From: an uncultured candidatus Porisulfidus sp. | GTDB taxonomy: Bacteria > Pseudomonadota > Gammaproteobacteria > Poriferisulfidales > Oxydemutatoraceae | Assembly: GCA_965215125.1 (NCBI GenBank) | Contig: OZ244052.1 | Span: forward strand, 1-64,000 | DNA: 64,000 bases | Direction of reading: 5' to 3' | Part shown: positions 32,325-47,300 of the stretch, one piece after another | Layout of the letters: every line of letters begins with the position of its first letter | How positions within the stretch are numbered: the stretch's first letter is position 1 | Program-made: the position numbers and the translations under genes | The notes under the pieces: model-generated | What the model was told of the DNA's origin: nothing | Database searches by the model: none | The model's input: only the letters and a program-made list of their open reading frames with translations

Positions 32325-35300
32325 TTATGGGTTCAGTAGGCCTTCGGGGAATAATCTGATTTGGGTACGGATAACTCTATGGATATCAACAACTCTCCTA
32401 TAGCTTATCAATTCATTAGTATTCTGATCTTGGAAGAGTAGTGTGATTGTGATTGTTCTAGCGGTGGAGGGTATCATTGCAGTAAAGGGTTGTCTGTTCT
32501 CAGTCATAGTCATCCGGTCCTCCTCATTATCTACTCTATATTGAAAGCGAATGGTAGCGTTTTCAATATTTGCATCTGGGATCAGCCTTACATTATCAGC
32601 GTTCAAGTCAACTCTCAGCATATAGTCGCTTGGCATTTCCGGTGTTTCAATTAGAGTTGCCGATTCTCCTTCTGCTACACGCAATGAAAAATCAGGTCTC
32701 ATAGCTTGACCTTGCAGTAACATGCCACATCGTTCGCAATCAACCGGGTCGGTTTCGCTTCTTAGATACTTAAGTGCCGGGTATTGCATGTTGGTGCCGA
32801 AATCCCAGTTGACAGCACGCCATCCGGAGATGGATGATCGTGATTGAAGATTCATATCATCAGTTAGAGTTTCACTGTTCCTTATCGTTCCAATAGGGAG
32901 ATTTTCACCGACTAAGTTATATCGACTGCTTTGATCGCCATAACTGTCAATAATGGAGCCACTGTTGATGCCGACCAAAGCACCGACCAGTCTGGTTCCT
33001 ACCACATTGCCGACGGCAGCATAACTTGAAGCTATCAAGTTTCTGTTATCACCAACCAAACCGCCGACTCGTTCACTTCCGTCTATGTTGCCGATTGAGT
33101 ATGTGTCTGCAATGACACCGACATTCAAACCGACCAAACCGCCGGCATAATAAAAGTTCCTATCTACCCTGGTCGCTCCGAAGGCTACAACCGTGATACT
33201 TGTTAAAGTGCCGCTTGCATAACTATTATTAATGTTGCCGGCATTGACACCGGCCAAGCCACCGGCAAAGGTTACCCCTAGCACATCGCTCTCGGCTATG
33301 CTATTGGTAATCCGCCCGGTATTGATACCGACCAAGCCCCCGATCTGATCTATTCCTGTCACATCGCTATGCGTATAGCTATCGTTGATGATTCCGGCGT
33401 TATCACCTACCAGACCGCCACCCCATGCATTCCTTAAGGTAACCGTGCTCGCGCTGGTTACACGGCTATTAATAATCGTGCCTTCGTTGCGACCGACCAA
33501 GCCACCGGTTAAGTATCTACCGCTTACATTCGCATCCGATAGTTCGATATTGACGATACGAGCATTGCGTCCGGTATAGCCGAATAATCCGGTATAATTT
33601 CTAATAAAGTCTCTATCAATCATAAGATTAGCAATGCTGTGGCTGGTGGTTGCGCTAAATTCCACATTAAAAGGATTACTGGGATTTCCTATCGGTCGCC
33701 AACCTCTATCGGTCTCTTTACCGGTCGTCCATATCGGCTTGTTCTCGGATGGATTGCGATAGCTTTCGTCCTTATCAAAGTCTAAATCTCTGACCAACTC
33801 ATAGCCTCTGCAAGCACTATCGTTCCTCTCTCCACAAGTCTTCGGCATGGCATCGGCATCCAATCGATAACGCATCGCATACAAGCCTTCCAAATCGCAA
33901 ATTTCTATCAAGCCGTCGCCGTCTCTATCTATGGTATCTGCGCGGCATGGCATTCGCGGTATGCCGCTTAATTTAGGCTGCGCAGGTATTACTATGGCAT
34001 AATCCCTTGCACTACCTCGCTCTATAGAAATAGTAGTGACCCTTCGAATATCATCTACCGGAATTGTACGCGAAATTGTACGCGAATTGTTTTCTCTAGT
34101 GGTAGAAGACATCACATTATCTTGCACTCTGACTCCTCGCACGTTGACAAACAAATTAGCATTTGGAATATTCGTTGTAGCCGTCACCGTTATTTTCGTC
34201 GTGTTCTCAGGGATGTCAAAAATCTCATAACCATTAAAACTAGAGAATGCGTTTATAACCGGGTCAAACTCAGGTTCCAATGTACCGACCGATAAAGTCA
34301 CACCGCTCAATGCCGGGGTGCCTATGCCGATTCTTGAGTCTTGTTCCGGAAGCAGTGTGTCGCAAGCCGGTAATGTGACCCGATAATCGGTTTGTCCGTC
34401 GGCAACGACACAACTTGAATAGCCGTTGCCGTCAAAATTCCCTGTGTATGTCAGGGTCGGCGTAGTAGACAGTGCGGTGACCGTGCCACCGGACTCGGGG
34501 GATACCAAATCGCCGACATTATTTGCTCCTGTTACGATATTACCGGCATAGCCGACAATCGTTCCGTTGCTATTGTAGCCGACCAAGCCGCCGACATTCG
34601 TGCCACCGACTACATGACCGAGCGCATAGCTGTTATCGATGGTGCCGGCATCGTTATAGCCGACCAAGCCACCGACATCGAAATCACCCAGCACGCTATT
34701 GGTGGCATAACTATTGGTGATGGAACCCCCTCCTTTGAACGGACTCTCGCTGTGGTTATAACCGACCAAGCCACCGACCGCATTTCCGGCTGTTATTATA
34801 TCGGTACCTTGAATACCGCTAGCAGCGGGTATGCTAAAGAAGCTGAGTGCGTAGCTATCGCTGATCGGACCGAAGCTGTAACCTGCCAAACCACCCACCG
34901 CAAAATCCCCGTTTAGCCTGACTTGGGTATAGCTATTGACGATTGAACCGTAATTAGAACCGACCAGCCCACCGAGCCACGCGCGAGTCGCGTTTAGTCC
35001 AACGCGAAACAATTGAGTGAAAACTACGGAGCTGTTGGCAATAAGAGAACTCTCGGTAACCGAACCTTCGCTATCGGTTAACCTACTCGTCACGCCGACT
35101 AAACCGCCGACCGCATACCGCCCACTAATGTTTGGATCTCGCACCTGAATATCCAAAATTTTGGCTCGGGGACCGATCACACCGAACAAACCGATATTGT
35201 CTTCCTCCGGTCTATTGATATACAAGCGATCAATGAATAGATTATCGGTAGCTGCCGTAAAAACGGTATTGAAAGGGGTTTCAATGCTCCCTATAGGTTG

Positions 35301-38300
35301 CCAACCTGGAGGCGATGATGTAAATGTAGATATCCATGCCCGATTCACTTCTCCGATATAAGAGTCATTAGAACTAAAGTTTAAGCTTCTTTGCAATTCA
35401 TAACCTTCACAAGGTTGATCGTTGTTTTGACCGCAAGTTGCCGGCATTTCGGTCAAATGCTCGCGTATTGCGTCCAAGTCGTCCAAATAGTAAATTTCTA
35501 TCAAGCCATCGTCGTCATCGTCTATACCTATATCTGTCCGCTTAATCGGTTCTAAAATGAACGACTCTCGGTCTGCATATTCGGTTGTAAAGCCTTGACC
35601 GTCGGTGTGGGTTACATTCACGAAATAGCGGGTGCTTCCGTTGTCTGTGTCGGGCAATCTATATTCGGGTGAAGTAGAAACCTCATTCCGCTCTTTTCTA
35701 CCATTTTCAACATGCAATCTTTCCCATGTATACATAAACTCACCTTCACCGTCCGAATCGGTGCCTTCGCCGACAACGATACTCAAGGTCGTCGAGCTTA
35801 CTTCCAAACTGATATCGGGAGGCATCCCGTTGTTTATCTTATTGACTCTCAGTGTTTCTCTCGGTGTATATGTTGTTGCCCCGTCAACTATATTCACTTC
35901 AAATACGAGGGTGGCCATGGTAGTCTCAATACCTCCCGGCACAAAATTATCGGGTATCTTCACCTGCAAAGTAGCGGTGCCCTGCCCCGATAAAATGTCA
36001 ACCGAGTCCGGCGGTATAAACGACCAGCTACGGCTATCGCCTATCGCACTAGTGTTTAAGGTGATTTCGTCTCCTTCATCTACGACCGTGCTTGTGGTCT
36101 CTATATCGTACCTGCGCATGACCAGCGTGTAAGTGGTATTTATATCGCCGTCGGTCACGACAATGGATACAGTCGTCGCAACATCTAAGTCTAATGGAAT
36201 CGAGTTGCTAGGCTGACCGCTGGATTTACCGGAAAAATAATTTCGGCTATCGCGGTCCCTTATGATTTTAATCTCGGCATCATCCCCACCGACGGCAAAA
36301 GGTCTTAACTGAACCTCGTCCCGGTTCAGAATACCTATACTATAATTCTCTCGCAAAACGGAGAAAGGTTGATTACCGAGGCGTAGATCGGGGTTCAATA
36401 CCTCGCCGTTTGATAGCAGAAACAGTGCGCCCAGACCGGTCTCATATTGCTGATTGGGCAATAGCCCGCAGCGTGCGGTATCGGAATCTAAGTTACATGA
36501 GGCCGGGTCGTAGCGAAGCATCGGATAAGTCGTCTCATCGCCGAAATCCCAGTTGTCGGTACTCCATTGTCGATAAATGCCGATTGCATCTATCGGTGAT
36601 TGCAGTTCCATCGTGGTTTTGCTTGTCTCATCGTCATCGGTGGGGCGTCTGTCGCCTTCGGTATAAACATCGCTATTCCAGTAGCTAGCAACTGTATCGT
36701 CGTTCTCGCCTAACAATACCTTATTACCTAGCAATCCTCCTATCCTTCTGTTGTTATTAGGATTAGGGATTACTTTAGAAATCGTATAGCTATTTTCGGC
36801 GGCTATAAAAGGAGTGAAGCCAATACTTCTATCGGGCAAACCGATCAATCCACCTAAATTGGGTGAGCCACTGCCTACATCGCCTTCGATAACATCCCCG
36901 GTTGAGTAACTGTTTATGACTACAATTCTTCTACCGAAACGATTTATACTTCGGCCTATCAAACCACCTATATGCCTATTTCCGGTGACAGAACCACGCG
37001 CAAAGCTATTACGAACCGCACCCTCGTTTCTACCTATTAAACCACCAACTCCTGCATTTCCGCGTACTTCTACATTCGTTCCGCTATTCCTTATCGTACC
37101 AACACTAAAATTGTAACCTACCAGTCCTCCTGTGTTGTCCCCAAGACCTACAATCGTGCCGCTCGTTGCGATCACATAGCTATCAGCAATGATACCTCCG
37201 TTTTGGCCAACTAATCCACCTGTATTCGCATTACCGCCGATTTTCACGGAACCGCCCACATAGCTGGAATTAATCATGCCTCCTGAGAAAGCGATCAATC
37301 CACTTACTGAATTGTTTCCTCTAATATCTACATTGATTAAACCTATATTGCTGATAATGCTACCGACGTTTACTTGTCGGAATAAAGCTATAGTGCTCGC
37401 TCTATTGATATAAAGATTAGAGATGGTATAACCATTTCCGTCAAAAGTATAAGAGGAAAAACCATTTACACGAGGAATAGGCTCCCATCCCGGATTGCTT
37501 CTATCGTCATTCGCACTCCATAGATTCATGTTTCTAGTATCGGCATAGCTCAGCGGGTCGTTGAAGTCTAAGTTTCTTCTCAATTCGTAACGGTTTCTTG
37601 ATTGAAGGGTACCGCTTTTTGTTGCGGCCAAATCTTCCAGCGTATAGATATCTATAAAGCCGTTGTCGTTATCGTCGTTATCGCCGGCTCTGTATAAATA
37701 ATTGCCTGCTACTTCGTCGGTGCGATACCCTTGCGCATCGGTGTATTGCACTGCCACTCGATAGCGGGTAGCGGTGGTCGTGTCCGCCGGTATTTGATAA
37801 TCAACCATCCTCAAGGCAGTCGTTGTCGAGGCTACAGGTGTCCATGAGTTTGAATCGGGGGCTCGGCTCTGCCACTGATATCGGTATTCGGTAGCATTGC
37901 CGTCGGGATCATCGCCTACGATAGCGGTTAGTTGCCTATTGCCGAATTCCCCCACAAAATCAATCTCGGCAGGCCCGTTGTCTATCTTCTTTATCGTCAA
38001 TATTCGGCTTATTGACCGGCTGTCTCCTTCTATGAGATCGGTAACCGTTAGTGTCAATACCGTGTTGCGAGTCGTTGCATCCGCTGCCACGAAATCGTCA
38101 AGCACCCGAACCGTGATTGTGGCAGCATTTTGTTCCAGTATCTCCAGCGCACGCACTCCCGGTTGTGTCCATCGATAGTCTCCTCCGACAATGTCGGATG
38201 TCAGTTCAATCGTGCTCCCTTCGTCCACAGTTCCGTCTTCGGAGGGCATAGGCTCCAGCGTGATTTCTCCTGTTCCGGCAATATCCGCTGTTTTGATAAT

Positions 38301-41300
38301 AGTGAGTGTATATGCCGTTGAGGCGGCATCGGCTACAATAATATTCTGTACCGAAGTGTCTTTAGGCAGTGCAACCGTAGTCATCGTACTACCGGTTGCC
38401 GTACCCACACCGTCAATCGTGATAATACCTCTAAAGTCATATCCGTTCAATTCTAATTGAGCACGCTCTTCAGTATCTCTAATCCATAAGGTGTATTCGG
38501 TTCTGTCGGAAACGAAGACGCTATCGGTTCTTGTTACTGTCGGCGCAAGTATATTCAGGTCTCTCAAACCGATCCCTTGATCCGGCAGAAATGTGACACA
38601 TTCTGGTTGGTCGGTGCTTTTCGTGGGTGCTTGATCAGAACACGCTTCGTAGTTATAGCTACCTGAGTTATATCTTAGAATTGGGTACTGTTCGGATGTG
38701 CCGAAATCCCAATTATCGGTAGTCCACTTCTCGTATAGTTCGGAATCGATATTACCGGGTGCGGTCGGTGATTTTAGTATAGATACAGTCTGCGTGGTGT
38801 AAGCGGTACGGACTAAAGAATTTGTTGTGATATCGGCAATCTCGGTACCCGTTGCATAGACATTAATAAGCGTGCCTGTTGTAGAAGCACTACCTAAGCT
38901 TCCCACTAGTGCACCTTCGTAGGTTTCTCGTTGATAACCTCTGGCATAAGCATTGTTAATGCGAACATCGGCATGACCCAGCAGATGCCCCGAATGCAAC
39001 GCATTCCCGGTTAAATCAACCCTCGCATAGACATTTTCATATTGAGGATTTGCATTGTTATCGGTCGTCGTGGCACGGCCTACCAAACCACCCAGCGTAT
39101 CAACCATTCCTTCAGACGACATAGTGCCGGTGACATAGCTGTTTGCTATAAGACAATTCCGGCACGCAGCGGCTAAGCCACCGTTATCGCCACCTCGGGT
39201 TTGAATATCTACATCAAGCAGACCGATATTGTAAATCGCGAGCGGATCCTCGCCGGTGTTGTCTATATTGCCGAATAAACCACTATAAGTAGCGGTACTT
39301 TGATACAGATTGGAGATTGCATAGCCGTTGCCTTCAAATATCATCGGCGCACTAACGGTCGTTTGACTATTGCTACCGATCGACACCCAGCCTTCGTTGC
39401 TTTTGCCGTCATTCGGCTGCCATATGACCTTATTAGCCGTCGAGCTATAGCTGTTATCTACGCCGAAGTCTAAATCTCTTATCAACTCGTAGCCTCTGCA
39501 CACCGTGCTACCATTGTCATCAAAACCACACCCTGAATTTATCACCCTCGCTTGAGTGCTTGTTCTATAGCCGCTGCCGTCTAATCGATAACGTACTGCA
39601 TCTAAATCTTCAAGGTAATAAATCTCTATCAAACCGTCGTTGTCTATGTCTATGTCGGGCCGATAATCCGTAGGTGTGGGTTCACTATAAGCGATATCGT
39701 TTAGATAGCCTTGCCTATCCGTGTAGCTTACACCGACGCGATAGTTAAAGGTGATGGGATATTCCGGCGGTGCCGTATAAGTTTCCATCGTCGCACCGGA
39801 AATATCCATCCATTCGTCGGCATCTATGGCTTTACGCTGCCACTGATAGCCGATATCATCCTCGTTGGGATTGCCGTCTGCGTCTTCAATATCCTCGATA
39901 GCATTCAATGAAATACCGTCCTCTACCCACCTTGGATTTCGTTGTGGAGTATCGTTATTTATTTTATTGACTTTTAGCACTACGCGACGGTCGGTACTGA
40001 AAGTACCATCTCCCACCGTTAAGGTGAACACCACGGTACTAGAAGTATAATCGCGCCCTATAAAATCGTCGGGTACGCGCACAGTCAAGACTGCTATAGA
40101 GGTACTCGATAACACCAAATTCGGATTTAGTAACTGTGATGAATCTTCCGGCATTATATTCCATCGATAATTATATGTTCTGGAACCTCCGCTAAGCCGA
40201 GGTGACTCCAAAGTGAAACTCCTGCCTTCGGTGGTGGATATCGCATTATCGGTAATCGTTCCATCTCCTGCGATGTCGATTTCTCCTGAAACTATCGGTG
40301 TCCTATTTATCAAAGTAAGCGTATATTCGGTCTCGGTGGCAGGAAAGACTTCTCTCACCGTAACTGTTACAGTTGTTTCCCCTACATTTTCCAGAGAAAT
40401 ATCGTCGCTGACATCGGTGGTATCACGCATACCGGCAAAATAATCCGTACTATTTCCCTGCTCGCGGACACTGATTTGCGAGTCGCCCTCGTAAGCCTTC
40501 AATCTGAGTCTTAAGTTCGGTGTTTCATTGCCAAAACTTACATCATAGCGGGTAATTTCAGAAGCAAAGGCTTTATCCAGCACGATGCCGTCGCTTATTA
40601 TCTCCAAATCTCTCAAACCGTCATTTTGATCCGGCAGGAATGTGCCGCATTGCGGTTGGTCGGTGCTTTGCATGCGCAACCCCAAGACCGACGAGCATGC
40701 AATATAGTTAGAATTACCGCTCTTATTATATTTTAGAATCGGAAACTGCTCGGATGTACCGAAATCCCAATTATCGGCAGCCCAATCCCTGTAGAGTTCG
40801 GAATCGGTATCACCGGGTGCGGTCGGCGATTTTAGTATAGATACAGTCCGCGTAGTGTAAGAAGTGCGGACTAAAGAGTCTCCCATGATATCGGCAATCT
40901 TGGTACCTGTTGCATAGACATTGATAAGCGTGCCTGTTGTAAAATCACTACCTAGGCTTCCTACGAGTGCACCTTCGTAGGTTTCTCGTTGATAGCCTCT
41001 GGCATAAGCATTGTTAACGCGAACATCGGCATGACCCAGCAAATGCCCCGAATGCAACGCATTCCCGGTTAAATCAACCCGCGCATAGACATTTTCATAT
41101 TGAGGATTTGCATTGTTATCGGTCGTCGTGGCACGGCCTACCAAACCACCCAGCGTATCAACCGTTCCTTCAGACGACATGGTGCCGGTAACATAGCTGT
41201 TTGTTATCAGGCAATTCCGGCACGCAGCGGCTAAGCCGCCGTTATCGCCACCTCGGGTTTGAATATCTAGATCGAGTAAACCGATATTGTAAATCGCAAG

Positions 41301-44300
41301 CGGATCCTTGCCGGTGTTGTCTATATTGCCGAATAAACCACTATAAGTAGCGGTACTTTGATACAGATTGGAGATTGCATAGCCGTTGCCTTCAAATAGC
41401 ATCGGCGCACTAACGGTCGTTTGGCTATTGCTACCGATCGATACCCAGCCTTCGTTGCTTTTTCTGCCATTCGGCTGCCATATGACCTTATTAGCCGTTG
41501 AGCTATAGCTACTATCTACGCTGAAGTCTAAATCTCTTATCAACTCGTAGCCTCTGCACACCGTGCTTCCATTATCGTTATAGCCACAACCTGCTTTTAT
41601 CACCGTTGCTTGAGTGCTTGTTCTATAGCCGCTACCATCTAATTGATAACGCACTGCATCCAAATCCTCAAGGTAATAAATCTCTATCAAACCGTCGTTG
41701 TCTGTGTCTATGTCCGGCCTATAATCTGCAGGTGTAGAGTCGCTATAGGCAATATCGCTTAAATAGCCTTGCGCATCCGTGTAGCGCACACCGACGCGAT
41801 AGTTAAAGGCAATGGGATACTCCGGCTGTAGTATCGTATAAGTTTCAGACGATGCGCCGGAAATATCCATCCATTCGTCGGCATCTATGGCTTTACGCTG
41901 CCACTGATAGCCGATATCACTATCGCCGGGATTGCCGTCCGGGTCTTCAATATCCTCGATAGCATTCAATGAAATACCGTCTTCTACCCACCTTGGATTT
42001 CGTTGCGAGGTATCGTTATTTATCTTATTGACCTTTAGCACTACACTACGAACAGTACTGGAAGTACCGTCTCCCACCGTTAAGTTGAATACCACGGTGC
42101 TAGATGTATCATTGCGCCCTATAAAATTCTCGGGTATGGTCACAGTCAAAGTTCGGTTGGTGGTATCCCGCAGTTGCAATTTGGAATTTAGTAACTGCGA
42201 AGGATTTTCCGGCATTGCCGCCCAATTATAGCGATAGGCACCAAAACCTCCCTCAATCCGAGGTGGCTCTAAAGTGAAACTTCTGCCTTCGGTGGTGGAT
42301 ACTACATTCTCGGCAATCATTACATCTCCTGTAATGCCGATTTGTTGCGAAACTATCAGTGTCCTATTCATCAAAGTAAGCGTATATTCGGTCTCGGTGA
42401 TAGGAAAGACTTCTCTCACCGTGATCGTCACGGCTGTTTGCTCTATGCCCGTCAGAGGAATACCGTCGCTGACATCGGCGGTATCACGCATGCCGGCGAA
42501 GTAATCCGTACTATCTCCTTGTTCGCGCACACTGATTTGCGAGTCGCCCTCGTAAGCCTTTAATCTTAATGTTAAGTTCGGTGTATCATTGCTAAAACCT
42601 ACACTATAGTTGGTAATTTCGGAAGCAAAAACTTCATCCAGCACGATGCCGTCGCTTATTATTTCCAAGTCTCTCAAACCGTCATTTTGATCCGGCAGGA
42701 ATGTGTCGCATTGTGGTTGGTCGGTGTTTTGCGTGGGTGCTTGATCGGAACACGCTTCGTAGTCATAGCTACCCGAGTTATATCTTAGAATTGGGTACTG
42801 TTCGGATGTGCCGAAATCCCAATTATCGGTAGTCCACTTCTCGTATAGTTCGGAGTCGGTATTACCGGGTGCGGTCGGCGATTTTAGTATAGATACAGTC
42901 CGCGTAGTATAAGAAGTGCGGACTAAAGAGTCTCCCATGATATCGGCAATCTTGGTACCTGTTGCATAGACATTGATAAGCGTGCCTGTTGTAAAATCAC
43001 TGCCTAGGCTTCCTACGAGTGCACCTTCGTAGGTTTCTTGTTGATAGCCTCTGGCATAAGCATTGTTAACGCGAACATCGGCATGACCCAGCAAATGCCC
43101 TGAATGCAACGCATTCCCGGTTAAATCAACCCTTGCATAGACATTTTCATATTGAGGATTTGTATTGTTATCGGTCGTCGTGGCACGGCCTACCAAACCA
43201 CCCAGCGTATCAACCGTTCCTTCAGACGACATGGTGCCGGTGACATAGCTGTTCGCTATCAGACAATTCCGGCACGCAGCGGCTAAGCCGCCGTTATCGC
43301 CACCTCGGGTTTGAATATCTAGATCGAGTAAACCGATATTGTAAATCGCAAGCGGATCCTTGCCGGTGTTGTCTATATTGCCGAATAAACCACTATAAGT
43401 AGCGGTGCTTTGATACAGATTGGAGATTGCATAGCCGTTGCCTTCAAATAGCATCGGCGCACTAACAGTCGTCTGGTTATTGCTACCGATCGGCACCCAG
43501 CCTTCGTTGCTTTTGCCGTCATTCGGCTGCCATATGACCTTATTAGCCGTTGAGCTATAGCTGTTATCTATGCCGAAGTCTAAATCTCTTATCAACTCGT
43601 AGCCTCTGCACACCGTGCTACCATTATCGTTATAGCCACAACCCGCTTTTATCACCGTTGCTTGAGTGCTTGTTCTATAGCCGCTACCATCTAATCGATA
43701 ACGCACTGCATCCAAATCCTCAAGGTAATAAATCTCTATCAAACCGTCGTTGTCTGTGTCTATGTCCGGCCTATAATCTGCAGGTGTAGAGTCGCTATAG
43801 GCGATATCGCTTAAATAGCCTTGCGCATCCGTGTAGCGCACACCGACGCGATAGTTAAAGGTAATGGGATACTCCGGCTGTAATATCGTATAAGTTTCAG
43901 ACGATGCACCGGAAATATCCATCCATTCGTCGGCATCTATGGCTTTACGCTGCCACTGATAGCCGATATCACTATCGCCGGGATTGCCGTCCGGGTCTTC
44001 AATATCCTCGATAGCATTCAATGAAATACCGTCTTCTACCCACCTTGGATCTCGTTGTGGAGTATCGTTATTTATTTTATTGACTTTTAGCACTACGCGG
44101 CGGTCGGTACTGAAAGTACCGTCTCCTACCGTTAAGGTGAACACCACAGTACTAGAAGTATAATCGCGCCCTATAAAATTCGCGGGTACGCGCACAGTCA
44201 AGACTGCTACAGAGGTACTCGATAACACCAAATTCGGCTTTAGTAACTGTGATGAATCTTCCGGCGTCACCGTCCATTCGTAGTCAGGCATGCCGCTACC

Positions 44301-47300
44301 ACCACTAGCTTGAGGTGCCGTCAAAGTGAAACTTCTGCCTTCGGTGGTGGCTATCACATTATCGGTAATCGTTTCATCTCCTGCAATGCCGATTTCTCCC
44401 GAAACTACCAGTGTCCTATTTCTCAAACTCAGTGTATATTCGGTCTCGGTGGCAGGAAAGACTTCTCTCACCGTGATTGTTACAGTTGTTTCCCCTACAT
44501 TTTCCAGAGGAATACCGTCGCTGACATCGGCGGTATCACGCATGCCGGCGAAGTAATCCGTACTATCTCCTTGTTCGCGCACACTGATTTGCGAGTCGCC
44601 CTCGTAAGCCTTTAATCTTAATGTTAAGTTCGGTGTCTCATTGCCAAAACTTACATCATAACGGGTAATTTCGGAGGCAAAAACTTTATCCAATTCAATG
44701 CCGTCGCTTATTATTTCCAAGTCTCTCAAACCGTCATTTTGATCCGGCAGGAATGTGCCGCATTGCGGTAGATTGGTTCTTTGGGTTTGTAGGTCGTTCG
44801 AACAATCCTCCACATATTTTAGAATCGGGAATTGCTCGGATGTGCCGAAATCCCAAATGTCGGTACTCCAATCGTTATATAACTCGGAGCCGGCGGTGCC
44901 GGGTGCGGTCGGCAATTTTAGTATAGATACAGTCTGCGTAGTGTAAGAAGTGCGGATTAAAAAGTCTCCCATGATATCGGCAATCTTGGTACCCGTTGCA
45001 TAGACATTGATAAGCGTGCCTGTTGTAGAAGCACTACCTAGGCTTCCCACGAGTGCGCCCTCGTAGTCTTCTCGTTGATAGCCTCTGGTATAAGCATTGT
45101 TAATATGAATGTCGGCATGACCCAGCAAATGCCCCGAATGCAACGCATTCCCTATCAAATCAACCCTCGCATAGACATTTTCATATTGAGGATTTTCATT
45201 GTTATCGGTCGTCGTGGCACGGCCTACCAAACCACCCAGCGTATCAACCGTTCCTTCAGACGACAAGGTGCCGGTGACATAGCTGTTCGCTATCAGACAA
45301 TTCCGGCACGCAGCGGCTAAGCCACCGTTATCACCGCCTCGGGTTTGAATATCTACATCAAGTAAACCGATATTGTAAATCGCAAGCGGATCCTTGCCGG
45401 TGTTGTCTATATTGCCGAATAAACCACTATAAGTAGCGGTGCTTTGATACAGATTGGAGATTGTATAGCCGTTGCCTTCAAATAGCATCGGCGCACTAAC
45501 GGTCGTTTGGCTATTGCTACCGATCGGCACCCAGCCTTCGTTGCTTTTGCTTTCATTCGGCTGCCATAGAACCTGATTAGCCGTTGAGCTATAGCTGTTA
45601 TCTATGCCGAAGTCTAAATCTCTTATCAACTCGTAGCCTCTGCACACCGTGCTACCATTATCGTTATAGCCACAACCCGCTTTTATCACCCTCGCTTGAG
45701 TGCTTGTTCTATAGCCGCTACCATCTAATTGATAACGGATTGCATCCAAGTCCTCAAGGTAATAAACCTCTATCAACCCGTCGTCGTCTGTGTCTATGTC
45801 CGGTCGATAATCTGCAGGTGTGGGGTCGCTATAAGCGATATCGCTTACATAGCCTTGCCGGTCGGTGTAGCGCACACCGACGCGATAGTTAAAGGTAATG
45901 GGATACTCCAGCTGTAGTATCGTATAAGTTTTCGTTGTTGCACCGTCAATATCCACCCATTCGTCGGCATCTACGGCTTTACGCTGCCACTGATAGCCGA
46001 TATCATTCTCGCCGGGATTGCCGTCCGAATCTTCGATATCCTCCGTAGCGTTTAATTTAGTACCGTCTGCCGTCAACTCAGGTGTTCGTTCCCAAGTATC
46101 GTTATTTGTCTTACCGACCTTTAGCACTACGCTGCGGACAGTACTGGAAGTACCGTCCCCCACCGTTAGGGTGAACACCACCGTGCTAGATGTATAATTG
46201 CGCCCTATAAAATCCGCGGGTATGGTCACGGTCAAAGTTTGAGTGGTGGTATCCGACAGTTGCAAATTTGGGTTTAGTAACTGCGAGGAATTTTCCGGCG
46301 TCACCGTCCATTCGTAGCTAGGCGTGCGGATACCACCACTCACTTGAGGTGCCGTCAAAGTAAAACTTCTGCCTTCGGTGGTGGATATCACATTATCGGT
46401 AATCGTTCCATCTCCTTTAATGCCGATTTCTCCCGAAACTACCAGTGTCCTATTTATCAAAGTAAGTGTATATCGAGTCTCGGTGACAGGAAAGATTTCT
46501 CTCACCGTGATCGTCACGGTTGTTTGCTCTGTGCCCGTCAGGGAAATATCGTCGCCGACATCGGGGGTACTACGCATGCCGGCAAAGTAATCCGTACTAT
46601 CTCCGTGTCTGCGGACACTGATTTGCGAGTCGCTCTCGTAGGCCTTTAATCTTAATGTTAAGTTCGGTGTATCATCGTTAAAACTTACATCATAGTTGGT
46701 GATTTCGGAGGCAAAAACTTTATCCAGTTCAATGACCTCGCTTATTATTTCCAGGTCTCTCAAACCGTTGTTTTGGTCCGGCAGGAATGTGCCGCATTGC
46801 GGTGGGTCGGTTCTTTCGGTTTGTAGATCGTTCGAGCAATCCTCCACATATTTTAGAATCGGGAATTGCTCGGATGTGCCGAAATCCCATCTGTCGGTAC
46901 GCCATCCTATATATAATTCAGGGTCGGAAGTACCGGGTCCGGTGGGTTCTTTAAGTTCATTGTGCCGGGATGGTACTCGGGCGTAACTATTGGAAATACC
47001 GGTTTGATTATTATCTTTTATATTTCCTAGATTATTTGCTGCGTAGCTATTCTCAATAAAGCTATTACTCTCCGACAGTATCGCACCTACCGACAGTCCG
47101 GTGACAGATCCTGTTACATAGCTGGAAGCAATCCGAGCATCACCTCGACCATATAATCCACCACTTAATCTCCCTTGAATATTTACATTCGCATAGCTAT
47201 TTATTATTTGACCTAAGTCATTGCCTGCAAAACCGCCTATCTCTTGGTTTCCTACTATAGTACCTTTGACATAACTATTTCTTATAATCCCGATACCCAG

